This document shows, in pieces, positions 12,949 to 25,470 of a stretch of DNA of 54,533 bases. The stretch covers positions 1-54,533 of the forward strand of contig JTLS01000015.1 in assembly GCA_000826855.1 (NCBI GenBank). Direction: 5' to 3'. Numbering within the stretch: the first letter of the stretch is position 1; each line of letters begins with the position of its first letter. The notes beneath the pieces were generated by a model. That model was not told the origin of the DNA. It did not search any database and saw only the letters and a list, made by a program, of their open reading frames with translations. Both the position numbers and the translations under genes were made by a program. This stretch comes from Basidioascus undulatus. Taxonomy: Eukaryota.

Positions 12949-13689
12949 GATGTTGGGAAGGGGTATTTTATAATGAGCGTGTTCAAGGAAACCTGTAGAA
13001 TCTGGTGAACAGAGTACGCGTCGTTGTAGACGCAGCAGGTGGAAGGAGAGGCGCAAGAAGTACGGGGTGAGAGAACGTCGGAAGGAATTGGGCGGAGAGG
13101 CGATAGAGAACAAACCAGGGATGAATGAAGAGACGAAGACGTGCACAAACAAAGGAGTAAGGGGATGAGAAGTCGACAGAAACGGCTGCCAGGCGGTGGA
13201 AGACTATTTATGGGGGTAGGAAGTTGACATCGAGCGCAGCTCGGAAGAAGTACTGCGAGGAGGCGCCGCCCGGCTGGAGAGCGGGGACAAACGAACAGGG
13301 ACACGGATAAGACGGGGCGGTGTGCGCAGCGTGAGGCGAGACCGTGAAGAAAATTGACATCGAGCTTGAGGTACAAGCAGATCCAAATGGACACCGAGCA
13401 GGCTGTCAAGCTACTCGTTTCTGCTCGCGCGCGCTCCCGCCTTACAATCTGTTTTTGCCCTGCTATCTTTCCAGAAATCCTGAGTTATCAAAATAAATCA
13501 TGGACAGCTGTTGATCGGTTCGTCTTCGGCATGGCGAGTTTGGCAACGAAAGAAGACGATGAAACGTTTGGCAGCCAGGGGTCGGCATGCCCGCCCCCGT
13601 CGGGCCTCGACTGCTGGTGGTATACCCTCCTGTTCGCTTTATTCTTCTGACAAGTTGTCTCCTTTGAATGTTTTTCAACCCAAATATCT

Positions 13690-15400
13690 ACTTGTACCCT
13701 TTATCCGAACCGAGGATATGAGTGATTCCTTGCCAACCCGTTGACAGGAAGGTGTTGGCGCACCGTGCCAAATCCAGGGCAGAATGAAATTTCGAAACTT
13801 CCTCGAGACCGCCTTCTGTATTTATACGCAAGGATATTTTGATCGATGTCCTTATGCTATTTTCTTTGTCAGTGCTGAATGAAGCACTTCCACCCGAGGA
13901 GGCCATGGCCAACGATGGACAAGCTTTGCGCAGCCGGCGCAGTAACACTTTGGAGCTGACGTTCATCTGGGCGTTCCTTGAGATCAGATAAATGGATTGG
14001 AATATTAAAGATAGTCATGTTGATCTCTGGGAGTGGTTAGTCTTTTGAAGCTCGCATACACTGTAAGAGAAGCTCGTTGAGGTCGTGTCCTCGGGCTACG
14101 GGTAGCCGCCCATACAAGGGATAGAGGTCTTTGGCCCTTAACAAATCTGTTGAGTCTCGACGCCTCCAATAGCTTACGCCTTTTGTACGATTGTAACTAT
14201 ATGCCGTGCGAATGAGGCTGCTGGGATCCTGCAGAGGCCTGACATTCCCTTTATAGACGTTGCCGCCAACTTTGCCACTTTACATATGACCGGGATCATG
14301 TTAATTCTGACATGTCCACTCATGAAGATGGAAAGGACATTCGGTCTCACTTCCTGAGTTGCTCTGCCAACCGTCCTCGTTACCCCCTCGCAATCGGTCA
14401 CCTCGATGTCCATCTAGTGAGTCTTCTTTGAAAGTGTGCTGTGCTGACGACTATCGCATTCCAAAGTATTGCCTTTTTAGACCAAAATACGAAGTACACA
14501 GGATATCTTAGGCCATTCAAATTATTGGAACGCTGCATGAAGACCAGGCGCTGTACTGTCATATGCGTCCTGCCCAGTCAGCTACAATTCTGACACTCAA
14601 GTCAAGACCGAAAGAAGTGTTGAGGTACTTTAAGTTTTCACACCTGAGTGGATTTTGAGTTAAAGTGGTCGTCGTCTGTGCAGAAGCCGAAGGTCTGCCT
14701 GTACGAAGAGGGAACGGCCCTCGACGCCTGCTCAACACGAGCTCCTCCAGCGCAAGTCAAGCTCGAAGTATATAGCATATAGCTCTAGACAGCGGGAAAT
14801 TCGTAGTTTTTCAGTGAACTGCTGTAGATTGTCTTTCAAAGCTCTGAAAGCATACAAGGTTCGTGACGCCCCCCTCAAAATGCATCGAGCAAGCAGGTTG
14901 CGCTGTCTCCGCGAAGAAGTCACCCTGGACTCCAACACTTCAGGCAATACAAAAAACAAGAAATGCACGTGACCTGCCTTCTCGAAGTTATTGAGATCGA
15001 GGAGCGCAAGGCCGCTGGCAGGCTCACGGGTGCCGTGTCAACAAGACGAGTGAGAACACTACTGTTCAGGAAGGCGGTTAGTACTCACCGTGCCGCAACA
15101 TCGCTGATGCTGTAGAAATCGCAGGTGAAACGGTTGACTCCCTCCTTCAGGGTAATCTTTGGGCGAGCGAGTTATGAAAACTTTCGCTCGGATGGAGAGG
15201 CGGCTGGACTGTGGACTCGTCGATCTCGCCTGTCGGGATCAGGCACATGGTCGTGATCCTTTTGTCGCTGGGATGCATATTGTGGTGTGGATCCCAACAG
15301 ACGTTGGAGAGCTTTGTTCTGTAAAGCAACAGCCACTTCGCAAGTCTTCGCCAATCCGCAGAACCACACACAACCCGCATCCGCGACTTGATCTCGGCTT
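13690..15400 (-). pseudogene. Possible decayed coding sequence (LRR/F-box-like remnant)
   Basis: Successive minus-strand protein-like ORF fragments (14732-14968, 14174-14413, 13688-13966) are interrupted by stops, with a GTGAGT donor near 15088. Leu-rich segments such as LLRRLRKACPSL. The family assignment is only a guess. Confidence 0.2.
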
Positions 15401-15747
15401 CATTTCGAAAGTTCAAGGGCTCTCTTGCGCTCGTCAAACTACTCAAGGGAAGACAGGTGGAGGAGAAATAGAAAGGAAGGGAGGCCTCATGTACAAGGAA
15501 GGGACAGGTGGGGAGGGTATGCGGGGCCGGAATTGCAGGTTCTAATGGCGGAGTGCAGCAGCGCTAGATAACGGGAAGCAAGCGGGCAGGCGGATGAGAG
15601 GAGGGCGTCGTTGCGTGAACGTAAGCGGCGGGCGAGGAGGTCAAATAGTAATGTGAGGACATCATGTACGAGAGGGGAAAGGTAGATGGAAGAGAAAATT
15701 CAGAGAAGTGCCGACGGCCTCGTTCGTGCCCGATCCCGTGCGCACGC

Positions 15748-18114
15748 TCAGGCGGCTATATCAGAAGAGCAGACGTGTCAGATTGAAAAGACAGAGGGGA
15801 CATGGCTAATGCGAGGACGTACCAACGCCCGTGATAGACTCCTGCGCCTTCGAGGCGAAGTACCGTACGTCCGCGTCGTTGTCCTGCTTGAGCTGCTCGA
15901 CCGCGGGCACAATCTGTCGTTGCACGACCTCCTGCCCTTCGGGGTCGGAGGCGATGACGCAGGCGAGGACCTCCAGCGACTTGGCGACGTTGAAGCGAAC
16001 CTTTCATGCGAGGCAACGTGCGTCAGTCTCCGGCGGCGATGAGAGTGAGAGGACGGCAGCGCACATTGGGAATGGGGTCGTTGACGAGTGACAGAACGAC
16101 GTCCAGGATGCTTTCCCGGATGACGGTCGCGTTGAGCGCCGGCGCCATCGTCTACTCGCCCCTCGCCCAATAATCAGCGACCGCGCTGTCCCTACTCCGG
16201 GAGAAACCGAGACGCACGGTGATAGCAAACACGGTCGTCATCCTGTAGAGGTAGTTGGAGTGGTTGCCCATCGCGCAAACCTTGGGGACGATCGTCTGGC
16301 GCGCCCAGTCGACGCCAAAGACCTCCGCGAGTTTGCGGAGGTTGACAGTCGCCGCCTCGCGGATGGAGAAGACGGTATCGCCGAGCCAGCTCATGCAGAG
16401 GTTGCCGAGCTGCTCGTCAAAGAAGGCGACGCCGAGTTGCTCTGCGAGGAGCGGGATGTACTCGATGATCGCCTGCCGCACGCGCCACTGCTTGTCCTCC
16501 GCGAGCTCGATGATCGCGGGCAGGAGTGCTTGCGAGAGGAGCTCGATACCGATGACTTACAAGTCCGCCACCCTACATCAGCACCGCGCTGGAAGAGCCC
16601 CGCTTCCCGTTGCTTCGAAACTCACCGGAGTTGACCAGCTCGAGCTTGGAGATGATGTTGAGCCGGACGTCGGGGAACTCGTCCTTGAGGAGCTGGAGGA
16701 AGAGCGGGAGGAGGTGCTCGATCGTAGCCTCCTTGCCGAGGAGCGGGGCGAGGCCGGAGAGGTGCATGCCGAGCGCTGCCCGGACATGTTGAGACTGGTC
16801 GGTCGCGAGCTCGCGAACGCACGGCATCAAGCGCGCGAGGATGATCTCCTGGTCGACGAGCTTAGCGAATCCTGTGATCGCGAAGCGGTGTAAGTTGCAA
16901 TACCTCGCAACAGCCATTATCGCCTCCGAGGACGAACCTGGGATTTGGCCAGCAGCCGCCGTCCGGACCTCCGCCTCGTTGTCCTTGAGCAGCGTCACGA
17001 ACGCCTGGACCAGCTCGTCCCTGACGACGTCCTCCCCAGTCGACTCCGCCAACTGCCGCCACGTCACCCGATAAGCTTCCACCCCCCGCCTGCTGCTCAT
17101 GTCCGGCGTTTCCACGCACCTCCACAAAGTGCTGCCCGACCATGTACCGCACGCGCCAGCTCTTGTCTTGGCACGCCGCACGGATGCTCGGCAGAAGCTG
17201 AGCCTTCGTGTCGTCCAGCGACAGCTTTTGGGCTATGGCGATCAGATCCTCGACGGTCAGGAGGCGGACAGAGTCCTGGTCGTCGTTGGAGAGCTTCTTA
17301 TAGAGCGGGATGATGTCGGAGAGGATGAGGGAGGCTTCGAGTTGCTTTGCGACATCCTGCGTACCGCCCAGACCCGCGCGGTTACGGACCAGCTTCGCCA
17401 TGTATGGACGAAAAGAAGCGCACCCCAAGATACCGAGCGGCAGCGCGCTTGACCATGGGCGTGTCGTCGTTGCACAGGCCCTTGAACAGCGTCCGCAGCT
17501 CCTCCTTGGTAGGCTCGCTTGCCCGCGGGTAGACGCCCGCGAACAGCGCGGCGGCGGAAGTGCGCGAGGTGAACCAGTCGCCGGTCGCAAGTCGCCGGAC
17601 GAGGGGGAGGAAATGTTGCTCGATCTGCTCGGGTGACAGAACGGCGCCGATCTTATTGAGTGACTCGCAAGCCTGCAGATTCAAAGTCAGCATCGCCCGT
17701 GTCCAGCCCCGCAAAAGTTTGGGAACACCCCTGAACGCACCTTCTCACGAACCAAGGTCTCCTCAACCGCCGCGAGCGACTCGAGCGGGCCGAGGACGAC
17801 GTGCGCCCACTCGGGCCCACCGACATACTCGACGAAGTTACCAAGCTCCTCCGCGAGCGCGAGGAGGACCTCGTCCTCGTCGTCGAGGCTGTCTTGGAGG
17901 AAGGGGATGAGCTCGTCGCGCGTCCGATCCGGGCCGAGTGCGAGGGCGATGGTAGAGATGCGGTGAATCGCGTTCAGTCGAAGCGTCACGTCGTCAGACC
18001 TGCCCATCGCCGTCGCACACGTCAGAGATAGGAGTGCGATGAGAGTTCAGCGCAGATGGAGGCTGACTTCAGCTCATCGAGGAGGAGCGCGACAGGGAAG
18101 AGGTTGTCGTCCAT
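15748..18114 (-). CDS. TPD3: Protein phosphatase 2A scaffold (A/PR65) subunit, HEAT repeats
   Basis: [27 protein letters not shown]..., [90 protein letters not shown]. Canonical introns throughout. Confidence 0.97.
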
Positions 18115-19889
18115 CGCGGAATAGGGGGCAGGGGCCGAGGGAAGGAGCGGGGAAGCGTGTCTGGGTTCGGCCAAGGGAGCGTCAGTTCCCATCGGTATAA
18201 CTGGCTCACATTACCACTCTGCACGGGAATAGACAAGGCGTAAAGATCGTCCAGTGCAGCCTGTGGTTCCCGCCCGGTCCCGGCACGGGAAGCCGTCCCT
18301 GCCTCGCCTGGATGCCGCTAGCAGACGCACCGTCTGCGACCTTCCTTCCTTCTAGATGCTTCCCCGCTGTAAAATACAGTTGTCGGGACTCACACAAGCG
18401 TGTGTTCAAGCAGCGAGCCTCGTCTTTGTGCGCGGGAGTCGCGTGCCGAGAGCGTGTCTTTGAGGGCGCTGAAAAGAAGGACCGCAGCACAGGCGCAAGG
18501 GTGAGCCTATGCCGTATGAACGCAGAGCGCTGGGACCGCTGGTCGTACGCAGATGCTCGCCAGAAATGTCGCTCGAGAGGGTTCGTAAGGTGTAGGAATG
18601 CGCGAGCTGGTTGTTGGAAGGGACGCGTTCAGGCCAACGGCCACGACGAGCGGGATTGGGTTAGTTTCGACCGCTGAGGTTGCAGCTTGGTGTGCCTCGA
18701 CGCTATCTCGATGCTACGCAGTGTTCTTGCAGTACAAGGGACTCTCAGAAAGAGACAATAATTTAATTGTATTTATAAATCTTTTCAGGTTTTTAACCAG
18801 GAAAATTTGCCCTGTAACTAGTGTGCTGCCTGTGACACAGTTGTCGTTACGCTCGACTCAGCCGAAGTTCCAACTGGCAGCAAGATGCGCACTTGATGGC
18901 GGTTTAACGTCTTGGCCTGTGGAAAATGGCGAAACTTTTCTATGAGAGTTTTTCATTTCAGTGGAATGGGCTTGGGCGGAAGCACTGGCAGCTGCTGTAG
19001 TTACTTTCGTTAGTGCCTGCGCGTGCGTCGATGTGGCCCTGCACAGTCGATCTGCTCACTCTGTATCAAAATACTGGACATAAAATAGTGGTCATAGGGT
19101 CTTTACCAAGTTAAGCAGTCCCTCTGAGTTCAATTGTGGTTGTGGTTTCCGCGTAGGCCGAACCACACCTGCAGCTCTGGTCCTCGCACTCAGCATCATA
19201 ACGGCGCCAGAAAGACATAGCTTACACGTCTAAGACAGGGAAGTCAGCTTTTTTTTCATCTGAACATAGGCTAATAACTTCTTTGGAGGATGGGACCAGC
19301 TGACCGGATGGTCGCAGACTTTCCACGGCGCTCTGTCGCTGGAGTCACCACGTACCTCATACTACAACGCCCGGACTGGAAGAGGAGCATGGCCAGATAA
19401 ATTATTAGTAGGATTAGATGAGAGTTTCATTAGGTCACAGGACACAGCACTCCAAGAATCGGCCGGTAAGGCGAAGCAGGGATGAAAAGCTAGTCAGGCG
19501 CAACCCACGTCTCGAAGACCAATTGGTTGCGTGACCCAGAAAATTGGCTCACAGCACAAGAGTTACTCAAGATAACTGAGTGCAAGGGACATGGTAGAGA
19601 ACGCTTACGTTGACTACCCCCACAACACCAGGACCTTGTTCCTGGGGAGGAGTCGTGGATGCTACATAGCGCCTCAGCTCTGCTAAGCACGAAACTCACT
19701 TGGGATGTGTGGGATTTTTATTGAGTGGAATGAAGGGGAACACCGAGTATGTCCCGACTCGTGGCGCCTAAACTCCCTCACCAAGGGCAACCGAAGAAGC
19801 ATGCCACGCAGAGAAGCAACTTCAGATATCACGTAGACTACTGCGCAGGCCCCAAGCCCCGAAGAGCAACCAAACGATTTCAGGAGTAA

Positions 19890-21205
19890 CCTTAATGAAT
19901 AAAGATACCCGAGAGCACTTTGAAACTCTGACGCTGCTGCATATCGCATTTGCGGCGGCGGTCACGCTGCGCGGGAGAGACTATGCACGCGGTTTGCCAC
20001 CAACCACCGCCATTCTTGACCAAACTCAGCTTTCTCCGCCAAAAGTTTAACATTTCCTCTGGCCTATTCCATACCATCGTAATGTCCACGCTCTCCCAGG
20101 ATCAGTCTCCGAACACCTAGCAATCTGGTTCCATACGCGCTTGGTACGACCGTCGCTGCGCTGTCCAAACTCGAGAATCTCAACCTCCCGATCGACGCTG
20201 GGCTCCCGCGCCCCTTCCTGGGCACACAGGGACTTCGCATGCTCAAACTTTTTTTTCCCTCTATTCTTCCCTCTGGGCCGTAAAGCGTCAGTCGAGCAAG
20301 CCAACGGCATGCTTGACGATGCTTGCGAGCTCGCGCAGCGCAACGCTTCCACTTTGACTGACCTGGACGTCGAGGCGGCTGGTCTGAGTCAAAGCACTCC
20401 AGCGCGGGGCTCGACTACTGTAGGATTCTTGTAGGGGAATACTTCCATCTCGAGTATCTCCAGTTCTCTGGCGACTGCTTCCCTCCCCTTGTGCCGTCGC
20501 ACGCTGGCGAGGACTCGGAGCCGACCGCATTTTCGTCTCTTCGGTCGCTGAGGTTCTTCGCCGCCGACCTGAAGTTGGAAGAAGGCATCTTCCCTCTGCC
20601 CACCAGCCTGGTCCAGCTGGGAATTTAGTGTCAAACATCTCAGTCTTCTTTCGCAAAATTCAAGACCTTCCGCATCCCACTGCATTGCGCGACCTCTGCC
20701 TGACGGCCAACTTCACTGTCGGTGAGCTCCACGCTGTCTTGCGTTCTACACGTTGGCTGCAGAAGCTCACGTCCAGGAGGCTGGAGAACGGCTTGACTGG
20801 ACGGTGAGCTCCGATACTGTCACTCTGTAACGGCCGTGTTTGCAGAGTCTGGCGCTGGTAACCAACACGGAATGCTCGCAGCCGGTGCTCGTCGATGTGT
20901 TTGGCTAGGTGCCGCATATGGTAGAACTCGAATTCGAGCTTGAGCACCTTGAAGATGAACTGGGCCCCTTCTTTGAGGTTCAGGACCCGGAGGAAGCCGA
21001 GCTTGCCTAACTTGAGACGGGCAAGGCAGTGCGCATGACCGCTGTGGGCGAGGTGGCCAGCAGGCTTCCACAGCTCCGCTCGTTGAGGTGAACTTCCCGG
21101 CCCTTGAAGGACTCCGAATCCTTCACATTCTCCTTCTATACCCACGGTGGCGTGGCCACGGGGGTCAAAGTAGAGCCTTTTTGAGGAGAGCGCGATTTGG
21201 GGCAC
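19890..21205 (-). pseudogene. Possible decayed, frameshifted LRR-type gene
   Basis: Overlapping minus-strand ORFs in successive frames (20660-21205, 20389-20685, 20047-20352, 19892-20089) carry LxxLxL-like motifs (LRVLNL, LRCLTL, LEILEM, VEILEF). Confidence 0.3.
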
Positions 21206-21502
21206 ACGCTGCAGCTCGGGTCTGTCTTATCCTGTGGTACGATATCCTGCATTCAATGTGGGATGTATTAATTTTCAAAAAGAAGCTTGCATAGCTTGTG
21301 CTACTCGGTCCTACAAGTTCCTTGATTGGCAACGCGACGAGCTGAGCGGCCGAAAGCCGCCGCATGCTGCCGCTCACGCCGCTTCCATTTCGTCGTCATT
21401 GAGCCCCCCTGCTCGCTATTGTCCACGTCCTCCTCGCCTCCTCCTCCTTTACTACCGATCTAGTTACAGTATATTTTTGCTGTACGAGGCAGGCGCGGCG
21501 GG

Positions 21503-24500
21503 ATGTTTGACGAGTATCTTGAGCACACCAACTCGCCTGACGCTTTGGGCGGGCTTGGGCGGGCAAGCGCGGTGCCTGCGCCGTACGAGGGGTGGGAGCA
21601 GGGGGCGTATGCCGATGTGAGTATTCCCTATTTCCCGTACTCCCAGAGGAACACATAAGGAACCCTCGAAACTCTCCCAGGTCGCCTCCCCGCTCCCTGC
21701 GCCGTCAGCGTCCCCGCCGATCTTCGACCTCTCCCTCGTGCAGTTCACGCCGCCTGCGCCGCTCCTGCACCTCGCCGCGTCGTCCAACGTGCTTTTTATC
21801 CTCCTCACAACCTCCACTCTCCTCCGCATCGATCTCGCCCACGCAGACACCATCACGCCCATCGAGATCCCCTCCACCACCGCCTCCCTCCCGCCCGACA
21901 CACGCGTCTTCCCAGACCCCACCGCGCGACACGTCCTCGTGTGCACGCCCCAGGGCGAGAACTACTATATTTTCGAGAGCTCGAAGAAGGCACGCGCGCT
22001 CGGCAGACTCCCGCGAGGGACGGTCGTAGAGTCCGTCGCGTGGAACCGACCCCCCTCTCCTTCCTCCTCCACATCTACCGGCCCGATCCTCCTCGGCACG
22101 CGACAAGGGACGATCCTCGAGGTCGTCCTCTCCCCGTCATCATCCTCGGGTCCAGGCGCGGACGTCTTCCGCCGAGTGGGAGGCGGGGCGGAGGAGCGCT
22201 ACGTCCGCCAGGTATTTGCGCTGCCGGAGCCCCAGTCCGTCAGCGGACTGAGGCTCCAGATCCTCGATGGCGCAAGGAGCGCAGCGGCGGTAATAGCGAC
22301 GACGAGTACGCGCGTGTATACGTTCGTTGGCGCCCTGGGACGGACGGACGGAGAGGGCGGAGGCGCGTTTGAGAGCTTGTTCACTCCGTATGCTGGGGAG
22401 GTGCCGCCGAGTGAGTACTGCTTCCCCTGTTCCTCTCCCATGTTTCCCCCTTGAAACATGGATCTCATGGTCTACGCAGAATTCCTTGAGCTTCCCGGCG
22501 AACTATCGTACTCCGAGGTGCATTTTTGGACTCCGCCACGGATGACTACCTCCGCCCCACCCTCTCCGCCAAAAGCCATGGCCTGGCTTACCGGTTTGTC
22601 GTCTACACCGTTTCTCCATCCGCTCCGCTCACTCACTCTTCCCCTCTAGGACCCGGTATCTACCACTCCACTCTCGTCTTCCCTCCGGCCGCTCCCGCCC
22701 CCTCGCCCGACACAGCACTCCTGCACTCCGCCGCGCTGCTCCCCTACCCCGCCTCGCCCTCCCCCGTCTCCCCCTCAACGCTCCTCACCACCCCGCCGCT
22801 TCACATCGCGCTGACCCAACACCACTTCCTGCTGCTCTACTCGGACCGCCTGCGCGCCATCCGCGCGCTCGACGACCGCGTCGTGTGGGAGGAGACGCTC
22901 GGCACGGACGCGGACGAGGGGGAGCTCGTCAGGGGTATGGCGGTCGACGAGGTCGCTGGGACGGTGTGGCTTTGGGGGGAGAGGGGAATCTGGGAGCTTG
23001 CGGTGCGGGACGAGGAGAGGGACGTCTGGAGCGTCATGCTCGAGCGCCGGATGTTCGAGGACGCGCTTAAGTTCGCCAAGGTACATACCTCTTTCCCATT
23101 CCCCTGCCCCACTTTCCCTTCTTTCTTTGTTTCATCCCCGTCGTTCAGACTCAACTGACGCACCTCTCCCCCAGACCCCCGCCCAGCGCGACCTGATCCA
23201 CTCTTCGCAAGCCGATGACTACTTCGCCCAAGGGCGCTTCCTCCAAGCCTCACAGTCATATGCGTCGGCCGCGTCCTCCGCGTCGTTCGAGCACGTCGCG
23301 CTCCGCTTCGTCGACGCGGGCGAGATGGACGCGCTCCGGTGGTACGTCTCCGCGCGTCTCGAAAGAACACGAAAAGGGGTGCGTCCTTCCCTTCTCCCCT
23401 CTCTTGCCCCCATCCCTCCTTCACTTCGGTTATTATGCTGCTTTCCTCGCACGAAAGACGAGACTGACACAAGGACCGCGTACGGGAAAAGGACCTGACG
23501 CAGCGCATGATGCTCGCGACATGGCTGCTCGAGATCTACCTCTCGAAGTGCAACGACCTTGAAGACGCCATTGCGTCTGCATCGGGCGCCGGCGGCGATG
23601 GCGGAGGAGGCGGGGTTGACGACCTTCGCACGGAGCTCGCTATCGTGGAGGATGACCTGAGAGGGTTCTTGGAGGGGTACAAGGTGCGTGCTTTGATTGT
23701 CCGCGGATTGAGGTTTGGGAGCACGTGGACTGATGTGTTGGGTCAACCATAGGCCAACCTCGACAAGGGCACGGTGTACGACCTGATCGCGAGCCACGGA
23801 CGGACGGACGTCCTCCTGCACTTTGCTGAGCTCGTCGGAGACTATGCGAAGGTCGCGGAGCACTGGGTGATGGAGGAGGAGTGGGAGCGGGCGATTGGGG
23901 TGGTCAATCGACAGGTGCGTTCGTCTTCCTGTCTCCTCTTCTCCGGAAACTGACGCTTGGGCATGGACGAGCAGTCCTCGCTCGACCTGTACTACCGCTT
24001 CGCCTCGGTCCTCCTTCGGAATGCGCCGGATGCGACCGTCGCGTCCTGGATGCGCCAGCCGTTGCTCGACCCTCGGCGGCTCATCCCCGCGGTGCTGAAC
24101 CTCCAACACCGGCCCTCCCCCACTTCGTCTACCTCTTCCGACTCCGCCTCCGCCTCCGCCGCTGCGATCCGCTACTTGCACTGGTCTATAAACTCGCAGG
24201 CGACGCCGTCCTCCGACTCCCCCACAGTGCACAACGCGCTCGTCTCCCTCCTCGCGTCCGCGTCTGACGAGCCCGCGCTCCTGCGGTACCTCTCCCTCGA
24301 AACCCCGCCGCCGCGCGCGGACCTGGACTACGCGCTGCGCCTGTGCGCGGATCGCGGGATGGTGAACGCGTGCGTGCAGATCTACGGGCGCATGGGCCGC
24401 TGGGAGGAGAGCGTCGATCTGGCGCTCGAGCGTGGAGACCTCGAGCTCGCGAAGATGTTCGCGGACAAACCGGAGGGAGACGAGGCGCTGAGGAAGAAGC

Positions 24501-25470
24501 TTTGGTTGAAAATCGCGAGGGTGCTTGTCCAGGACAAGAAGGACATCAAGTCGTGCGTCTTCCTGTCACTCCCGTCTCATCACCTTTCAAAAAGCACGCG
24601 AGTTGACATCGCCCGTCGTTGGCTGTGCTCCAGGGCGATGCGGTTCCTCGAAGCCTCGGACCTCCTCAAAGTCGAAGACATCCTTCCCTTCTTCCCCTCC
24701 TTTGCCGTCGTCGACGACTTCAAGGATGAGATCTGTGCCGCGCTCGAGCGCTACGCCGAGCGCATCCGCGATCTCAAGTCTGAGATGGACGACGCGACGC
24801 GCAGCGCGGACCACGTCCGCCGCGACATCGACGCGCTCAGGCAGCGCTTCGTCGTCGTGGAGCCGGGCGAGAAGTGCAGGCTTAGCGGGAGACCACTCGC
24901 GGGAAGCCAGTTTTACGTCTTCCCGAGCGGATACGCTTACACGGTCGAGGCGCTTATCGAGAAAGTGCGCCGCGTTTCTTGTGCCTCCGTCACCTTTGCC
25001 ATCAATCGCAACGCTCAACTATGCATCTGACTTTTTCCCGTGTCCTACAGGTCACGTCATATGCCCCGCCGCACGTCCTCCGCCGAATAATTCATCTTCA
25101 GAACGAGATCGCGCGCGAGACCAACAGCCCCCTCCCCGACCGTCGCGCCTTTGCCTCATCCGTCCTCCTTCCCCCCACCACCACCAACAACCACGGCACC
25201 AGCACCGCGGGGCGCCTCGCGCAAGCAGGCGACCGCCTCCGCGAGCTCATCCTCCCCGACGCCCTCGCAGGCATCATCACTGCGCCGCGCTCGTCGGAGA
25301 AGCGCGGCATCGCAGTCCCGAGCAATGCAAAACGCGTGGAACGACTGAAGGCGGAGCTAGACGAGATTCTGGCCGCGAGCGACCCGCTGTGCGACGCGGT
25401 CGTGGCGGAGCTGGATAGGCCGTTTGTACAGGACGGGGAGGGCGGGGACGAGGACGGTTGGGCGATTTGA
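21503..25470 (+). CDS. VPS18: Vacuolar protein sorting Vps18/Pep3 (HOPS/CORVET core subunit)
   Basis: MFDEYLEH...; VFPDPTARHVLV, VESVAWN, TGPILLGTRQG, AWLTGPGIYH, LTQHHFLLLY, DEERDVWSVML, SFEHVALRF, QRMMLATWLLEIYLSK, LRKKLWLKIA, LLKVEDILPFFP, VDDFKDEIC. C-terminal RING-like region is degenerate (see findings). Confidence 0.96.
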
